Positions 61,728-64,000 of a stretch of DNA of 64,000 bases are shown here, piece by piece. Source of the DNA: an uncultured Bacteroidales bacterium (GTDB lineage: Bacteria; Bacteroidota; Bacteroidia; Bacteroidales; WCHB1-69); assembly GCA_900317715.1 (NCBI GenBank), contig ONHS01000001.1, positions 18,316-82,315 of the forward strand, read 5' to 3'. Both the position numbers and the translations under genes were made by a program. The number at the start of each line of letters is the position of its first letter. Within the stretch, counting starts at the first letter, position 1. Under the pieces are notes generated by a model. It had not been told where the DNA came from and made no database searches. It was given only the letters and a program-made list of their open reading frames with translations.

Positions 61728-63254
61728 TTACGGTTCTCTTGGTACGGGGTTCACGTATAAATCTTCGGGTTTGCGGGGGCGATAGAGGTCCATCCAGCGG
61801 AAGTCTTGGAGTTTGCGGTTTTTGTCTTCGAGCTTTTCGTCGGGGTAGATTTGGCCGTTGGGGGCGTCAAAGTAGCGGATTTGCTGTATGTGGTTGCTGT
61901 CCAGGTAGATGCGCATCTCGCTGGTGATGGAGGTGTTGATTCCTATGAGTTCTTCGTTGTCTTCCTGCACATAATACACACATTCTGCATTCCCGATAAT
62001 ATCGACCCTATTCAGATTCTTTCTTTCCATGAATCCTTTGATTTTCAGACCTTTAATCTGGTTGAATTCCGTGTTTTCAAAGAGACCGCCCACAATGAAT
62101 CCCGATTTGCAAAGTTCTATGATGGAGTGGATGGAGTCTAGGGCTTGGCATCGGACGGTGTCGCCGGTGAGTTGGTAATTATCAGACCAGAAAACAGGGT
62201 TGTAGTAGAGCGTGAGTAGCGAATCTTCAACATTGTAAACCATTGAGTCACAAGCACCTTGAATGTCTTTGTGAAGGAATTTGGTATGGAAGTAAGCTCT
62301 GAAAAGGGTAGGGTTTGAAGCGGAGTCAATATCCATCTTTAGGGTGTCGCAATGGAGAAAGAGGGTGTCGTGGTTATCGTCAATGTACATGAGCAGGTTG
62401 CTGTCGGTAGCGATAGAGGTGCCGTTTTTCTCATAATGCTCAAGGTAATTCCCTTTGACAATGAAGTTGTTGGCGGAATCTATGAGGCAGGCGTTGTTCC
62501 ATGCCCTGCCGAATCGGAATTGCTTGTCGTAAAAGAGACTGTCGGCTGACAAGTATTGGCCATCCCCAAAAAGCTCTACGTTGCCGTAAAGGACAGAAAC
62601 ATCCGCCTCTGTGTTGTAGAGACCGTGGTCTGTCCAGATGGCGTTTTCATCGCTGACGAGGTGAGTGCGGGAAATGAAGTAGGCAATTTTGGAGGATGCG
62701 TTGTAACGAAGTGAATCACAGTCCATTTTGTAGCTGGGACTGCGCAATTGCACCTCTTCGTACAGGAAGGCATCGTCGGTGTTGGTATAATATTTCCCGA
62801 TGATGCTGCTGAGCGTATCGGCATCACTGTAGATGTGGCTCAGGGAGGTGTAATAGCCGCAATCGATATTCAGATCGTAGAACAAGCTGTCCGTCAACAA
62901 GTAAGCTCTTCCGTTGTCCAGTCGGACGTCGCCCGCGATGGAGGCCTGCCGGATATTTCCGTCATAGTTGGCGCGTTTGCCGTAGAGATTCACCGAATCG
63001 CTGACGACGATGCGCACAGGGGAACCGAAAGCCTGGATGTAGTTTTCTGATTCATAGAGGTATGCGCTGTCGCAGTAGCCTACCACATTATCCTGTTTGA
63101 ACTTGACGTGTCCAACGAGTCGTTGCGCCCCGTTGAGCACCTCTTCGTCATAATATCCCATATCCGCCCGATAGAGAATCTTTCGGTCGTTTTGTGCGTT
63201 TAGAACACTAACACACAAGCAGATAAGGATGATATTACAGAAGAGTCGTTTCAT
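61728..63254 (-). CDS. OstA-like (LptA/LptD N-terminal-type beta-jellyroll repeat) periplasmic protein, 508 aa
   Basis: Signal peptide and repeated D..Y......F.G.V-type strands. The family call is tentative. Confidence 0.45.
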   Translation of the reverse strand: MKRLFCNIILICLCVSVLNAQNDRKILYRADMGYYDEEVLNGAQRLVGHVKFKQDNVVGYCDSAYLYESENYIQAFGSPVRIVVSDSVNLYGKRANYDGNIRQASIAGDVRLDNGRAYLLTDSLFYDLNIDCGYYTSLSHIYSDADTLSSIIGKYYTNTDDAFLYEEVQLRSPSYKMDCDSLRYNASSKIAYFISRTHLVSDENAIWTDHGLYNTEADVSVLYGNVELFGDGQYLSADSLFYDKQFRFGRAWNNACLIDSANNFIVKGNYLEHYEKNGTSIATDSNLLMYIDDNHDTLFLHCDTLKMDIDSASNPTLFRAYFHTKFLHKDIQGACDSMVYNVEDSLLTLYYNPVFWSDNYQLTGDTVRCQALDSIHSIIELCKSGFIVGGLFENTEFNQIKGLKIKGFMERKNLNRVDIIGNAECVYYVQEDNEELIGINTSITSEMRIYLDSNHIQQIRYFDAPNGQIYPDEKLEDKNRKLQDFRWMDLYRPRKPEDLYVNPVPREP

Positions 63255-63257
63255 GGA

Positions 63258-63929
63258 TTAGCGGATCAGCGAGGAGTCGGTTTTTTGGTCGATGATGCGG
63301 TCTTCTTTGAAAGTGATTTCGCGGAAAATCTCTCCGGTGGGAGTATAATAAACCTCTGCACCCTCTTTTTTGTTGTTTTTGTAATGGGTCGTACGAGCTG
63401 GGTGACCGTTTTTGTCATAAAAAGTGACTTCTCCGTCACCATTTTGGAACTTACCTTCTCCAACAACCACACCGCGTTCATCGTAGTAGGTCCATGGTCC
63501 GTCGAACAGGTCGTTTTTGAAACCGCCTTCCACTTTGATGCTGCCGTCAATGTGATAGGCTTTATGCGGACCGTCCTTACGACCATGTAAATAAGTGAAT
63601 TCCTGACTTTTACATCCATTTGGCAGATACATCACCTCCAAACCTTCGATGGAATCATTCACGTAAACGCAATAGGTGTCCAGCAAGCCGTTTTTGAAAT
63701 ATCTGCGGAATTCGCCGTTACGTTTGCCGTTTTTCATGTCCACCTCGATTTCCACCGTGTTGGGGCTGCTGAAGAAGTAGGTGGTACGTCCGTGTTCCTT
63801 CTTCCCTTTGTAATGGATGATAGACTGGGTGGCTCCGTTCGGATAGTAGGTGGTCTCCACATGGGAGCAGGCGGCGGCCAAGAGTAGGAGCGCGCCCATG
63901 ACAACTATTAGATATGTCTCTTTTCTCAT
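63258..63929 (-). CDS. MORN-variant repeat (YwqK-like) lipoprotein, 223 aa
   Basis: LLLLAAAC lipobox and repeated Y(Y/F).NG......Y..G...G motifs. Start moved to ATG 63929, 19 nt downstream of a -7 box. Confidence 0.7.
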   Translation of the reverse strand: MRKETYLIVVMGALLLLAAACSHVETTYYPNGATQSIIHYKGKKEHGRTTYFFSSPNTVEIEVDMKNGKRNGEFRRYFKNGLLDTYCVYVNDSIEGLEVMYLPNGCKSQEFTYLHGRKDGPHKAYHIDGSIKVEGGFKNDLFDGPWTYYDERGVVVGEGKFQNGDGEVTFYDKNGHPARTTHYKNNKKEGAEVYYTPTGEIFREITFKEDRIIDQKTDSSLIR

Positions 63930-63947
63930 AATTTTCAAATTAGCCCG

Positions 63948-63955
63948 CAAAAATA
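63948..63955 (-). promoter_or_regulatory. -7 box TATTTTTG
   Basis: Plus strand reads CAAAAATA, 19 nt upstream of ATG 63929. Confidence 0.5.
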
Positions 63956-63975
63956 CACTTTTTAGAACAAAAAAA

Positions 63976-64000
63976 TACACGGCAGTCGCCGTGTATTTTT
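63976..64000. terminator. hairpin tacacggc agtc gccgtgta flanked by an A-run and a T-run
   Basis: 8-bp perfect stem with a T5 tail at the window edge. Probably the terminator of the gene beyond the window. Confidence 0.5.

Overview
This is a 64-kb chromosomal window from a Bacteroidota-type genome. I infer the phylum from recurrent TAnnTTTG -7 promoter boxes, the lack of Shine-Dalgarno sequences and many T9SS C-terminal sorting domains; a HydE maturase suggests an anaerobe. All family calls come from motifs read by eye, with no database search. Contents: (1) 1-9.7 kb is a defence-type accessory island abutting the 3' end of tRNA-Ser(TGA). It holds an orphan HsdR-like nuclease/helicase with an extra C-terminal HEPN-like RNxxAH domain, a long RmuC, an AT-rich HNH-like gene and an AbiEi/AbiEii pair. 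(2) Housekeeping genes: mutL, dus-like, murG, comM/yifB, uvrC, a TIGR01212-type radical SAM, a YugP peptidase, a ProX/YbaK-like deacylase, hydE, and tRNA-Ser and tRNA-Met(CAT). (3) A partner-switching set: a Cache-SpoIIE phosphatase fused to an RsbW-like kinase, plus a STAS protein translationally coupled to an outer-membrane beta-barrel. (4) About 27 kb (42% of the window) encodes T9SS cargo. This includes three adjacent paralogous giants (903, 1268 and 3714 aa); the largest holds ten diverged ~0.79-kb FN3-plus-module repeats. A divergent, apparently split LytTR regulator and 21-nt-phased direct repeats sit at their promoter. (5) The most unusual signal is that about 15 intergenic spacers outside the island consist almost wholly of tandem heptanucleotide repeats from a few recurring families. 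These show a recurrent order along the direction of transcription (A then B then C), and most families have a stop triplet in each 7-mer. G-free tracts of about 20-90 nt abut downstream start codons in five blocks. One four-helix-bundle (23S-IVS/Avd-like) gene is bracketed by a 31/32 inverted repeat made of these heptamers. I could not find an explanation for this repeat system among standard feature classes.
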